Assembly: GCF_009914755.1 (NCBI RefSeq)
Contig: NC_060928.1
DNA from: the human T2T-CHM13v2.0 reference genome, Homo sapiens
Reading direction: 5' to 3' (one strand)
Length of the DNA: 64,000 nt
In this document: positions 1 through 15,984 of the stretch, piece after piece
Layout: the number at the start of each line of letters is the position of its first letter
Position numbering within the stretch: position 1 is the first letter of the stretch
The notes under the pieces: generated by a model
What the model was told of the DNA's origin: nothing
The model's database searches: none
Seen by the model: the letters and a program-made list of their open reading frames with translations, nothing else
Program-made: the position numbers and the translations under genes

Positions 1-1323
1 GTGTGTGCTTCTAGGAGAACTCAGATTAAGACAGCAAGACAGGGAATGTAAGGTTGCTGGGCTGACAAGCTCTAGGAACAACCAAACTATAGAAAGGATC
101 AGAAACCTCTACTGTGTAAACTATAAAGGTTTATGTGCCTGTTTGTTCTTTAAAGTTTATATATATATATGTTCCTGTCTCGGCTGTGTTAGGGAAAACT
201 AAAGGAAAGGCCTTTGCTTAGGTGTGAGTCGGAGCCTTAAACCTAAACCGGAAGAGCCACAGAGATCAAGGGCTGCACGGTCAGACTATAGGCACAATTA
301 AAATGGGAGAATGTCAGAGGCAAAAGAGGCTTACTCGATCCAGTCACCTCTTGACCAACATGTTCTCTACCTGGGGCTAAATCTTAGAGATTGTGGGTTT
401 TGTCTTAATAAAGGAGATGTTCCCCAGAATTCCTGTCTCTCCTAACCCACCACTTTCCCTGTTCTCAGGCAAGTTTATTTTATATGCCATAGTGGCAATG
501 AAAGTTATGCACAATGAGGTTGAGTGCAGTTTAGTCTATGAGTCAATAGAGATGCCTAAAATTATGAAATAAAATAGATTGTAGGACGAAAAATGTTTCT
601 TCCACTGTGAACATATTAAGCCCAGTTGCTTCTTTATTCTTTAGTACATTGTTACAGCAGTGAAGGCAGCCATGGAGATGTTGTACTAATACAATATTTT
701 TCTACGATGATTTACCATGTCATTAACATTTTAGCTCACTTGTTGCAGCTTTCACATTGAGCCAAAATAGATGTGCACCTAAGTTTGTATTATTCACCTT
801 TCTTCACATGATTATCCACATTGAGAATGGTCAGATACGCTTTCCTGCTGGGTTCAGTCATGTTTAATCCTTTGATCCATTTTTTCCATTGATGTTTCCT
901 TTTATATGATACTTGCTAATTAAAGTTAGTTCAGTCCCCACAGTATCTCTGAAGAAAGCAGCTCAGGGGAATACTTAATAATATAATCATATTATTCTCT
1001 CCATGTGACATTCATTATGATGTTATTAATGACTAGCTCAACTTCATAGAGGCATTGGCTTGTGGGATCTGAGTCAAGGTTTAGGGCCCAAGGCTGCAGC
1101 AAGACATGGTGAAATGTTTAGCCAGAATGACTGAAAACAATGTCATTAAGAATAAAAAGTAAAAATTGCGATCAAGAAAAAAAGCAGAAACCAGACCTAG
1201 AGAATCACTTGCAAACCTCAGGTTTTAGAACAGATATATGTCTGAAGAAATAAGTAAGTTGAGAGGTCAAATGCCTGGGCTGTCAAGAACAGATCTGGGA
1301 GCAGAGGGTAAGATAGGTCAGCT

Positions 1324-2230
1324 GGGGGAGGAGCCAAGATGGCCGAATAGGAACAGCTCCGGTCTACAGCTCCCAGCGTGAGCGACGCAGAAGACGGGTG
1401 ATTTCTGCATTTCCATCTGAGGTACCGGGTTCATCTCACTAGGGAGTGCCAGACAGAGGGCGCAGGTCAGTGGGTGCGCACACCATGCGCGAGCCAAAGC
1501 AGGGCAAGGCATTGCCTCACTTGGGAAGCGCAAGGGGTCAGGGAGTTCCCTTTCTGAGTCAAAGAAAGGGGTGACGGACGGCACCTGGAAAATCGGGTCA
1601 CTCCCACCCGAATACTGCGCTTTTCCGACGGGCTTAAAAAACGGTGCACCACGAGATTATATCCCTCACCTGGCTTGGAGGGTCCTACGCCCACGGAGTC
1701 TCGCTGATTGCTAGCACAGCAGTCTGAGATCAAACTGCAAGGCGGCAGTGAGGCTGGGGGAGGGGCGCCCGCCATTGCCCAGGCTTGCTTAGGTAAACAA
1801 AGCAGCCAGGAAGCTCCAACTGGGTGGAGCCCACCACAGCTCAAGGAGGCCTGCCTGCCTCTGTAGCCGCCACCTCTGGTGGCAGGGCACAGACAAACAA
1901 AAAGACAACAGTAACCTCTGCAGACTTAAATGTCCCTGTCTGAAAGCTTTGAAGAGAGCAGTGGTTCTCCCAGCATGCAGCTGGAGATCTGAGAATGGGC
2001 AGACTGCCTCCTCAAGTGGGTCCCTGAACCCTGACCCCTGAGCAGCCTAACTGGGAGGCACCCCTCAGCAGGGGCACACTGACACCTCACACGGCAGGGT
2101 ATTCCAACAGACCTGCAGCTGAGGGTCCTCTCTGTTAGAAGGAAAACTAACAAACAGAAAGGACATCCACACCAAAAACCCATCTGTACATCACCATCAT
2201 CAAAGACAAAAAGTAGATAAAAGCACAAAG
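1324..2230 (+). promoter_or_regulatory. L1 5'UTR internal sense/antisense promoter, CpG-rich, intact YY1 site
   Basis: CAAGATGGCC at 1335-1344; many CpGs retained; ~907-bp length fits the form lacking the 129-bp ZNF93 site. Confidence 0.85.
1467..1775 (-). CDS. ORF0: L1 antisense ORF0 (102 aa, open)
   Basis: ATG at 1775-1773; MAGAPPPASLPPCSLISDCCASNQRDSVGVGP matches primate L1 ORF0. Confidence 0.7.
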   Translation of the reverse strand: MAGAPPPASLPPCSLISDCCASNQRDSVGVGPSKPGEGYNLVVHRFLSPSEKRSIRVGVTRFSRCRPSPLSLTQKGNSLTPCASQVRQCLALLWLAHGVRTH

Positions 2231-3247
2231 ATGGGGAAAAAACAGAACAGAAAAACTGGAAACTCTAAAAAGCAGAGTGCCTCTCCTCCTCCAAAGGAAC
2301 GCAGTTCCTCACCAGCAACGGAACAAAGCTGGATGGAGAATGACTTTGACGAGCTGAGAGAAGAAGGCTTCAGACGATCAAATTACTCTGAGCTACGGGA
2401 GGACATTCAAACCAAAGGCAAAGAAGTTGAAAACTTTGAAAAAAATTTAGAAGAATGTATAAGTAGAATAAGCAATACAGAGAAGTGCTTAAAGGAGCTG
2501 ATGGAGCTGAAAACCAAGGCTCGAGAACTACGTGAAGAATGCAGAAGCCTCAGGAGCCCATGCGATCAACTGGAAGAAAGGGTGTCAGCGATGGAAGATG
2601 AAACGAATGAAATGAAGCGAGAAGGGAAGTTTAGAGAAAAAAGAATAAAAAGAAATGAGCAAAGCCTCCAAGAAATATGGGACTATGTGAAAAGACCAAA
2701 TCTACGCCTGATTGGTGTACCTGAAAGTGATGGGGAGAATGGAACCAAGTTGGAAAACACTCTGCAGGATATTATCCAGGAGAACTTCCCCGATCTAGCA
2801 AGGCAGGCCAATGTTCAGATTCAGGAAATACAGAGAATGCCACAAAGATACTCCTCGAGAAGAGCAACTCCAAGACACATAATTGTCAGATTCACCAAAG
2901 TTGAAATGAAGGAAAAAATGTTAAGGGCAGCCAGAGAGAAAGGTCGGGTTACCCTCAAAGGGAAGCCCATCAGACTAACAGCGGATCTCTCGGCAGAAAC
3001 CCTACAAGCCAGAAGAGAGTGGGGGCCAATATTCAACATTCTTAAAGAAAAGAATTTTCAACTCAGAATTTCATATCCAGCCAAACTAAGCTTCATAAGT
3101 GAAGGAGAAATAAAATACTTTACAGACAAGCAAATGCTGAGAGATTTTGTCACCACCAGGCCTGCCTTACAAGAGTTCCTGAAGGAAGCACTAAACATGG
3201 AAAGGAACAACCGGTACCAGCCACTGCAAAATCATGACAAAATGTAA
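2231..3247 (+). CDS. ORF1: L1 ORF1p RNA-binding chaperone, full length 338 aa
   Basis: Uninterrupted MGKKQNRK...; REKG, ARR and YPAKLS motifs present. Confidence 0.92.
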   Translation: MGKKQNRKTGNSKKQSASPPPKERSSSPATEQSWMENDFDELREEGFRRSNYSELREDIQTKGKEVENFEKNLEECISRISNTEKCLKELMELKTKARELREECRSLRSPCDQLEERVSAMEDETNEMKREGKFREKRIKRNEQSLQEIWDYVKRPNLRLIGVPESDGENGTKLENTLQDIIQENFPDLARQANVQIQEIQRMPQRYSSRRATPRHIIVRFTKVEMKEKMLRAAREKGRVTLKGKPIRLTADLSAETLQARREWGPIFNILKEKNFQLRISYPAKLSFISEGEIKYFTDKQMLRDFVTTRPALQEFLKEALNMERNNRYQPLQNHDKM

Positions 3248-3310
3248 AGACCATCGAGACTAGGAAGAAACTGCATCAACTAACGAGCAAAATCACCAGC
3301 TAACATCATA

Positions 3311-7137
<3,827 letters not shown>

Positions 7138-7415
7138 ACAATGAGATCACATGGACACAGGAAGGGGAATATCACACTCTGGGGACTGTTGTGGGGTGGG
7201 GGGAGGGGGGAGGGATAGCATCGGGAGATATACCTAATGCTAGATGATGAGTTAGTGGGTGCAGCGCACCAGCATGGCACATGTATACACATGTAACTAA
7301 CCTGCACAATGTGCACATGTACCCTAAAACTTAAAGTATAATAAATAAAAAAAAAAGAAAGGTCAGCTGATGGATTTTGAACTAAGGCCATGAACAATGC
7401 AAAGATCCAAGGGGC

Positions 7416-7787
7416 TCTTAGTACATTCAGACTGCTATAAAAAAAAAATGCCTCAAATGGGATGGCCTGTAAACAACAGAAATTTATTTCTCACAGTTCT
7501 GGAGGCTGAGAAGTCCAAGATCAAGGTGCCAACAGATTCAGTGTCTGCTGAGGGGCTGCTTTCTGGTTCATAAATAGTGCCTTCTCTGTGTGTCCTCACA
7601 TGGTGGAAGAGGCAAGGGATTTCTCCAGGATCTCTTTTATAAGGGTACTAATCCTATTCATGAGGGTTTTGCCCTCATGACCTAATCACATCCCAATAGC
7701 CCTACCTCCTAATACTATCACTTTGAAGTTGAGGATTTCAACAAGTGAACTGGGGGAGAGGGGGACATAAACATTCAGTTCATTATG
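7416..7787 (-). mobile_element. MaLR solo LTR, MLT1A/MLT1A0-like
   Basis: TTTATTTCTCACAGTTCTGGAGGCTG...TCCAAGATCAAGGTGCC...GGACATAAACATTCAG. Confidence 0.8.
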
Positions 7788-7802
7788 GCTAGTGTCATGG
7801 GT

Positions 7803-8220
7803 GTGGTAGTAATTATTTCACCAATTATATACCAGTCCTTTCTGGGTATCCCCATTTCTGGGAAAGTGTTAAATTGGACTTTCTGGCTCCTTTATGATTG
7901 GGTAGAGCCATGTCACTAATTCTGTCCCATGAGTTTTAAGCAGATATTGTACATATTACTTCCAGGTTAGAGCATTTAATTGCCATTGCCAAACCCACCA
8001 GAGCTCTCTTTTCCCTCCAGCAGGATGATTAACAGCATTCAAGGTGGTGGCTACACATCACATCAGCCTGGATTCTCAAGTAGGAAGATACGCAACAGAG
8101 CATCCAGCTGACCTTCACTGGATATGTTGTATGAACAAGAAGTAAACTTCTCTTGTTAAAAGCCATTGAAATTTTGGAGTTGCCTTGTTACCACAGAGAA
8201 TCTAGCCTAACCTGTATAAT
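7803..8220 (+). mobile_element. Old MaLR LTR (MLT1I/J-like)
   Basis: Ends AAACTTCTCTTGTTAAAAGCCATTGAAATTTTGGAG...TTACCACAG...CTAGCC. Confidence 0.6.
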
Positions 8221-8297
8221 ATAGTGACAAAGAGGTAATTCTGCCAGGTTCAAGGAGATGAGTTTGCTGAATATTGCACACATTTACACAAGAAATA

Positions 8298-11174
8298 TTT
8301 TTTATTTTTTTAATTGAAATATAAAAATTGGCCAGGGACAGTGGCTCATGCCTGTAACTCCCAACACTTTGGGAGGTCAAAGTGGGAGGATCACATGAGC
8401 CCAAGATTTCAAGACCAGCCTGGGCAACATGGCAAGACCTTGTCTTTACAAAAAAAATTTAAAATTTTAAAAAAATTAAAAAAATAAAAATTGTACATAT
8501 TTATGGGGTACATAGTGTTTCAATACATATAATGACTAGATCAGGGTAATTAGCGTATCCATCATCTCAAACATTAATCATTCTTTTGTGTTGGGAACAT
8601 TCAATATTCTCCTTCTAACAATTTGAAAATATTTATTATTGTTAACTGTAGTCATCCTACAGTGCGAGAGAACACTAGTATTTATTCCTTCTATCTAGTT
8701 GTAATTTTGTATCTGTAACAAATATCCATCTATCCTTCCTTTCCCCTACCCTTCTCAGCCTCTAGTATCCTCTGTTTTATTATTTACTTTTATGGGATCA
8801 ACTTTTTTTAGCTTCTGTATATAAGTGAGAACATACAGTTTTACCTTTCTGTTCTTGGCTTATTTCATTTAACACAATGTCCTCCAGTTTCATCCATGTT
8901 GCCATCAATGACAGGATTTTATTACCTTTTATGACTGAAGAGTATTCCATTGTGCGTATATATATTCCATATGTTCTTTCTTTATTTGTCTGTTGTTGTA
9001 CACCTAGGTTGATTCTATATCTTGGCTATTGTAAAGTGCTGCAATAAACATAGAGGTGCAGATATCTCTTTGATATACTGATTTACTCTACTTTGGATAA
9101 CTATTCAGTAGTGGAATTACTGGATCATATAGTTCTATTTGTAGTTTTTTTGAGAAACCTCCATACTTGTTCTCCACAGTGGTTATCCTAGTTTACATTT
9201 CCACCAACTGTTGTAAGTTTCTTTTTGTCTGCATTTTCACCAGCATTTGTTATTTTTTGCCTTTTTTATGATAGCCTTTCTAATTAGGATGAGATAATAC
9301 CTCACTGTGGTTTTGACTTGCATTTTCCAGTTGATTAGTGATGCTGAGCATTTTTTAATAGTTGTTAGCCATTTGTAAGTTTTCTTTTGAGAAATATCTA
9401 TTCAGATCATTTGCCCATATTTTACTTGGATTGTTTGGATTTTTTGCTGTTGAGATGTTTGAGTTTCTTATATATTCTGGATATTAATCCCCTGATGGAA
9501 AAATAGTTTGCAAATATTTTCTTCCTTTGCTTGTTTGTTTTGTTGTGCAGATTTTTAGTTTGATGTAATCTCATTTGTTCATTTTTGCTTTTGCTGCTTT
9601 TGCCTTTGAGGTCTTGTTCATAAAATCTTTTCCCAGACCAATGTCCTGAAGCATTTTCCGTACATTTTCTTCTAGTAGTCTTATAGTTTTAGGTCTTACA
9701 TTTAAGTATTTAATCCATTTTGGTTGATTTTTCTACAGGATGAAAGGTAGAGGTCTAGTTTTATTCTTCTGCATATAGATATCCAATTTTCCCAGCACCA
9801 TTTCTTGAAGAGATTCTCCTCTCCCTAATGAGTAGTCTTAGTATCTTTCTCAAAAATCAATTAGCTGAAGATACATGAATTAATCTGGGGGCTCTCTATT
9901 ATGTTCCATTGTTCCATGTTTCTGTTATTATGCCAGTACCAAACTCTTTTGGTTACAATAGCTTTGTACAATATTTTGAAGTTTGGTACTGTGATGCCTC
10001 CAGCTTTTTTCTTTTTGCTCAGGATTGCTTTGGCTATTTGGGATCTTTTGTGGTTCCATATAAATTTTAGGATTTTTTTTCTATTTTTATGAAGAATGTC
10101 ATTGGTATTTCAATAAGGATTGCATTGAATCTGTAGATTGCTTTGAGTAGTATGGTTAACAATAGTAATTATTCCAATACATGAGCATGGGAGATTTTTC
10201 AAATTTTTTATATCCTCTTCTGTTTATTTCATCAGTGTTTTGTAGTTTCTCTTGTAGACATCTTTCACCTCCTTTGTTAAATTTATCTCTAGGTATTTTT
10301 TTTCTCATAGTTATTGTAAATGAGATTGCCTCCTTGACTTCTTTTCTATCTCGTTCACTAATTGTATATAGAAACACTACTGATTTTTGCATGTTGATTT
10401 TGTATCCTACAACTTTACTAAATTCATTTACCAGTTCTGAGTTTTTTGGTAGAGTCTACAGTGTTTTCTATATATTTAGATCATGTCATCTGCAAACAAA
10501 CAGGACAATTTGACTTCCTCCTGTCCAATTTGGATGCCCTTAATTTTTTTCTCTTGTCTACTTGCTTTGGCTATGACTTCCAATACTATGTTGAATAAGA
10601 GTGGTGAAAGTAGGCAGCCTTGTGTTGCTCCAGTTCTTAGAAGAAAAGCTTTCAGCTTTTCCCCCATTCGGTATGATTTTAGATGTAGGTTTGTCATATA
10701 TGGCCTTTATCGTGTTGAGGTACTTTCCTTCTTTACCTAATTTATTAAGTTTTTATCATAAAGGAATGTTTATCAAGTGCTTTTTCTACATCTAATAAGC
10801 TGATCATATAGTTTATGACCTTCATTCTGTTGATGTGATGAATCATGTTTATGTATTTGCATATGTGGGACCATCTTTGCATTCCTGGGATAATTCCCAC
10901 TTGATCATGGTATATTTTCTTTTTGATGTGATGTTAAATTCAGTTTTTTCGTATTTTGTTGAGATTTCATCTTTGTTCATCAAGGATATTGCCTATAGTT
11001 GTATTTTTACTTTGTGTCCTTGTGTAGTTTTGGTATCAGGGTTGTGCTGCCCTTGTAAAGTAAGTTTGGAAGATTCCTTCTGATGCCATTTTTTGAGAAG
11101 AACTGGTATTAATTCTTTCTTAAATGGTAGAATTCATCAGTGAAGCCATTCAGTACTGGACTTTTCTTTGTTGG

Positions 11175-11213
<39 letters not shown>

Positions 11214-13428
11214 GATTCAATGTTGTTACTTGTATTTGGTCTGTTCAGGTCTTCTATTCCTTCTAGATTCGATCTCAGTAGATTGTACATGTCCAAGAAT
11301 TTATCTATTTCTGTTCTGTTTTCAAGTTTATTGGTATATAGCTGTACATAGTAGTCTCATAATTTTTTGTATGTCTGTGGTACCCATTGTGACATCTCCT
11401 TTTCCATTTCTAATCTTATTCATTTGGCTCTTCTCCCCTTTTTTCTTAGTCTAGTTAATGGTATATTACTTTTGTTTATCTTTTACTTTAAAAAGTTTTG
11501 TTTAATTGATCTTTTGCATTTTTTCAGTCTCAATTTTGTTTCTTTCTGCTCTGTTGTATTTTTATTTCATTTATTGCATTCTTCAGCTGCAGGATTTCTG
11601 TTTGATTCTTTTTCATGATATCTCTTTGTTGAATTTCTCATTCAAGTCATGAACTATTTTCCTAATTTTATTGAACTATCTATCTATATTCTCTTGTATC
11701 TCACTGAGTTTCCCTAAGATTGTTATTTTTAATTCTTTTCCTGGAACTTTGTATATTTCTTTATGATTGGGATCTGTTACTAGAGAATTATTAAATTCCT
11801 TACTTGCTTTTTCACTTGTGATGTGCCCTGATGTTGATTTCTATGCATCTGCTAGAAAAGTCACTTCTGACAATTGTATAGAGTAGGTTCTACCGGAAAA
11901 GACTCATTCATATAAATAGGTCTTGGGGTGTTGGTTCGGTGTGGTGCATTGGTTTTAGTTCTAGGCAAATGCAATAGTATAGTTTCTATGTAGTTTCTTC
12001 AGCTGTAATCCATACTAGTGACATTTGCAAGTATCTTAGTGGCCTAGGCTTAGAAAGTCTGTGGCAGCAGTGTGCAGCTTTGCCAGTGATGGGTTTGCCA
12101 GGTTGTTTCTCAGTTCAAGGACATATCCATGCCCATGGTGGGTTGGAGTTAGGGCTGGAGTTAGGGCCATGAGACTATTCACAGACCAGGAACATGAGCC
12201 CCCAGCTACACAGCCAGCCTTGGGGACCTGTTTGCCAGGGGCAAGCCATGCAGATGTTTCTCAGGCCTGGGACGTAGCTGCACAACTTCTTGGCTGGTCT
12301 TTATGTGTGTCTGCTGAGGGCTGCTCACAGGGCTTTTTCTTAGGCCCAGTATGTAGGCATAAGGATGATTGGCTGGCCTAGGGGTATGTCTACTAGGCAT
12401 CAGTTTATTTAACCTCTCCAACTGAACATCAGTGTCTTCATCTGAGCAGCAGATGAAGGGGTGTTTTTTAGGCTTAGGATCCAGGCACAAGGCTGCTTGG
12501 TCAGCCTGTGGTTCTGTTTCTCAGGCCCTGGTTGCTGGCACAGGGCTATTGGGCAAGCCAGAAGCTTATCTGTGGAGGATGGGATAAAAGAGAGATGTTT
12601 CTCAGGTCCTGAGCTCAGGCATGTAGTTGTTCCACCAGCTAAGGAGTATGTCAGCTCAGGGGCCTCTCCCACTTAGGGGAAGGCATGCAACAGTTTGGCC
12701 AGCTCACAGGGGTATTCACCCTGACTGGGACTGCTAGACTGTTCCTCCAGCTGGAAATTAAGGCAACAATAGTTTGTTTCACTGATGTGCAGAACCAGAG
12801 TCAGCTCATCCTGGGCCCAAGCTCTGCACTACTGGAGTTGTGGCATTCAGCTACCCTTGTAGACTTGATGAAGTGAAGATGGAACCCCAGTGCTAGCAGG
12901 CTATAATGGCTACTGACACCCTGAGCAGGGCACCCCAGAGCAGAGGTTTCTCTGGTCTCAATATGGTACAAAACTGCAACAACTTGGTTCACTGTGGATG
13001 GATGTGGGTGAGGATTGCAAACCTTGTGCTCCTAATCGAGGACAATGCAGCTGTGTGAATTCCTGGCAGCTCTTCAAATCGGGCTCAGGACTTTCAACAA
13101 CTGTGAGATTCTCCTGTTGTAGGCACTGTAGTGTTTACAATGGTAATGTGGACAGGTGGAGATCTTATTTTTCCCACAACAGGAAATCCCCAGTGACTCC
13201 AGGCAGATCTGATCCAAGCAGGGAAGACAAGGTTGCAGAGGTTGGATGCCTCCTTGTTGTCCTCCTGGACTTACAATTACCACAGGTATATCTCCATTCC
13301 CCCACTGCCCTCCAATTCTCTGCCTTCAACACACCACTCAATCTTAGCTGTTTATTCATTGCCTTGGTCCTTTCTTGTGGCAGAAGGATGAGTGCCAGGC
13401 ATTTCTAGTCAATCATCTTGCTGACATC
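8298..13428 (-). mobile_element. L1MA-type LINE-1 with 3'UTR, ORF2 remnant, large internal deletion and long 5'UTR
   Basis: L1MA 3'UTR from ~8494; RT remnant ([13 protein letters not shown]...LFADDMI at 10476-10697); jump to ORF1/5'UTR near 11550; 5' end CAAGATGATTGACTAG near 13420. Confidence 0.8.
8330..8483 (+). mobile_element. Free left Alu monomer (FLAM/AluJ) inside the L1MA 3' end
   Basis: GGCCAGGGACAGTGGCTCATGCCTGTAA...; TSD ATAAAAATTG at 8321-8330 and 8484-8493. Confidence 0.85.
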
Positions 13429-13559
13429 ACTACAGTGAATTCTGTTTCAAGAAGTATCTTGATGTAGTGAAAAGAACGTTGGCTTAGTATGGTTGAATGA
13501 GTGAATAAATGGATGGGTACATACAAAGATATATAAGATGGCTAGACACTGACATTTGG

Positions 13560-13715
13560 ATCGTGGAACTAGGAGTTGAGTCTAATCTTATCTCCTATTA
13601 ACTGTGTCATCTTGAGCATCTGTTTATTTAACCTTTCCAATTGAACATCAATGTCTTCAACTGCACAACAGATGTAAGAACATCTACCCAGCCTATCTCA
13701 AAAGACTGTGTGAAT
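13560..13715 (+). mobile_element. MIR fragment
   Basis: Degenerate core ACTGTGTCATCTTGAGCA...TTTAACCTTTC...TCTTCAACTG. Confidence 0.55.
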
Positions 13716-13718
13716 AAT

Positions 13719-14308
13719 TGTGGCAGACAGACTCATTTGTGGACCTTTATGATCCTGGCCTCCTGGTGTCTATGCTTTTGTTTAATCTCCTCCCACTGAG
13801 TGTGAGCAGAACTTGTGACTTTCTTCTAACCAAGAGATTATGGTGAAAGTTACAGAAGGTTACTTCCATAATTAGTTATAAAGATTCCATCTTGCTAGTA
13901 GACTTTCTCTGAAGACTCTTTGCTGGCTTGATGAAGTCAAAAGCCACGTTGAGAAAGCCCACATGCCAAGGTACTATAAGTGGCCACTGGAAACTGATGG
14001 CCACCTCCAGGAAGTCATGCTAGCCAGGAAGCTAAAGGCTTAGTAGCTGAGGGCTCAACAAATCAGGGCTCTCAGCCCTCCAACCACAAGGAAATTAATT
14101 CTGCCAATAAACTGAATGAGCTTGAATGAAAGTTCTTTCCCAGTTGGCCTACGATATGGTAATGCAGCCTAGCTGACACCTTAATTACAGCTTGTGAGAC
14201 CCTAAGCAGAGGGTCCAGTTAAGTTGTTTTCAGACTCCCGACCCACAGAAACTGTGAGAAAATAATGTGTGTTATTTTAAACCACTGAGTTTATAGAAAA
14301 CTAATAAT
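13719..14308 (+). mobile_element. MaLR solo LTR, MLT1E/F-like
   Basis: TGTGGCAGACAGACTC start; CCGACCCACAGAAACTGTGAGAAATAATGTGTGTTATTTTAAACCACT end. Confidence 0.75.
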
Positions 14309-15984
14309 AATCATAAAATGAGTTAAGATAGTGTCAAAGCATTTTGTAAACTGAAAAGCCCTATATATGTGTTAGATGTTATCCTCAAAGTATACCAAAT
14401 GCTTCATGGAGACTTTAAATGTTGCATAATCAAAAAAGTTACTTCTATGCTTTGAAGAGTCCACAAGTCATTTTTTAACCAAGTCTTTACATAAGCTTCC
14501 CCAATTTTCCTTAAAATTATAGCATCTCCTTTTTTATTCTGACCTTGAAGTTCTGACAGCTGTGTCACTGATTGCTTTTGGTCTGTGATATGCATAACTT
14601 CTATATTGCCACCAACAAAGACAAAATCTGGAATTTAACTGTTCCTCCTTAGAGAACTATGAAAATCCCAGACTGTTTTAACTATGGATCCAATTTGATA
14701 GGTATGCTTCAGCCCTCATTTCAATCGAATTGCCACTTTCATCATTTTTATTATTACCCTACATGTCGCTGTAACTATTAAGAACATCAATGAGTGCTTG
14801 TACTTTATGTCCAAGTTTTTCATCTGGAGATTTTTAAATGGATGTTGGAGGAATGTTGTCCATGTCAATATGCCAAATATTATCTCAGCTACAGGGTTAT
14901 AAATAATACAGCCTCAATTTATGTCACCTATAATAACATTTCTTGCTTTCTATGGCAAATCTCCTTTCAAGAACCCCTAACAAGTGTGTAATCAGTTAGG
15001 GGGTCTTGTGGCTCTGGGATAGGGCAACATAGAACTTTTTCCTTAATCATTACAAATCTATAGCAGGATGATAATAATAATCAGAAATTGAGTACAATAC
15101 CTAAGGGCCAGTCTCTTTACAGACATCTTATCTAATTCTCAAAACAACCTTACGAAGTAAATGCTTTCATTCTCGTTGTACAGATCTGGAAACTCAGGCT
15201 TAGGAAAAATAATTTCCTTACCTGAGATCAGACATCTATAAGTCACTCAACCAAGACTTTCAATCAGGCATTCCAGATCCCGAAGCCCACTTTCTTCCTT
15301 TCCACCCCTTCTGCCCCTCTAACACTGAAAATTGAGAACACAACATAGTACCAATTTAAAAATATTTCCCAATCTCCTTCCATTCACTAACATTCATTTA
15401 ATGTTCTAGCCCTTTTTAGAAATAGAGTGGTGCCCATTTCTGTAAAAGGAAAAGGAAAGGATCTTATATTAGTTCAGATTATATTTGGCTGTGAGTGGTA
15501 AAAAGTACAAAATTACATTGGTTTAAATAAGATATGAGCTTATTTCTCTTTCATGTAGGCACTGTATGTATTTGGAGATAATTAAATCCAAGAACCAGCC
15601 TTCAGGAAATTTATAATCTAAAGGAAAAAGTAAATAACTGCTGATAATGTGAAACAAAATGAACAATTTGCTATAATAAGAGTAGAGCAAAAGTGCTGTA
15701 GAGCACAGAAGGAGAAGTTAGTTCTAATTGGTGGAACCCAAGATGGCTCTTTTCAGGAAGTGGCATTGAATAGAGCCTTGAAGGTGGGTAAAATATTAGT
15801 AGACAGTGAAGGAGTTAGGAGGAGTTACGTGAGAAGCAAGGGGAACAAAAGGACATGCCATGCTAAACAAATCACATGAAAAAAAGTAAAAACATAAAAG
15901 TGCCAGTCCATTTCCCACTTACAGAGAGGAGTCTCAACCTGAAAGTAACCCCCCTTGTGTTGTTCCCTCAATATACACACTTCG

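Noticed and set aside
480-960. Possible ancient LINE RT remnant on the minus strand
   Set aside because: Only a faint LG-type motif resemblance; not supportable without a profile search.
215-1080. ETS (ACCGGAAG) and AP-1 (TGAGTCA) motifs upstream of copy A
   Set aside because: Short motifs expected by chance; no other promoter evidence.
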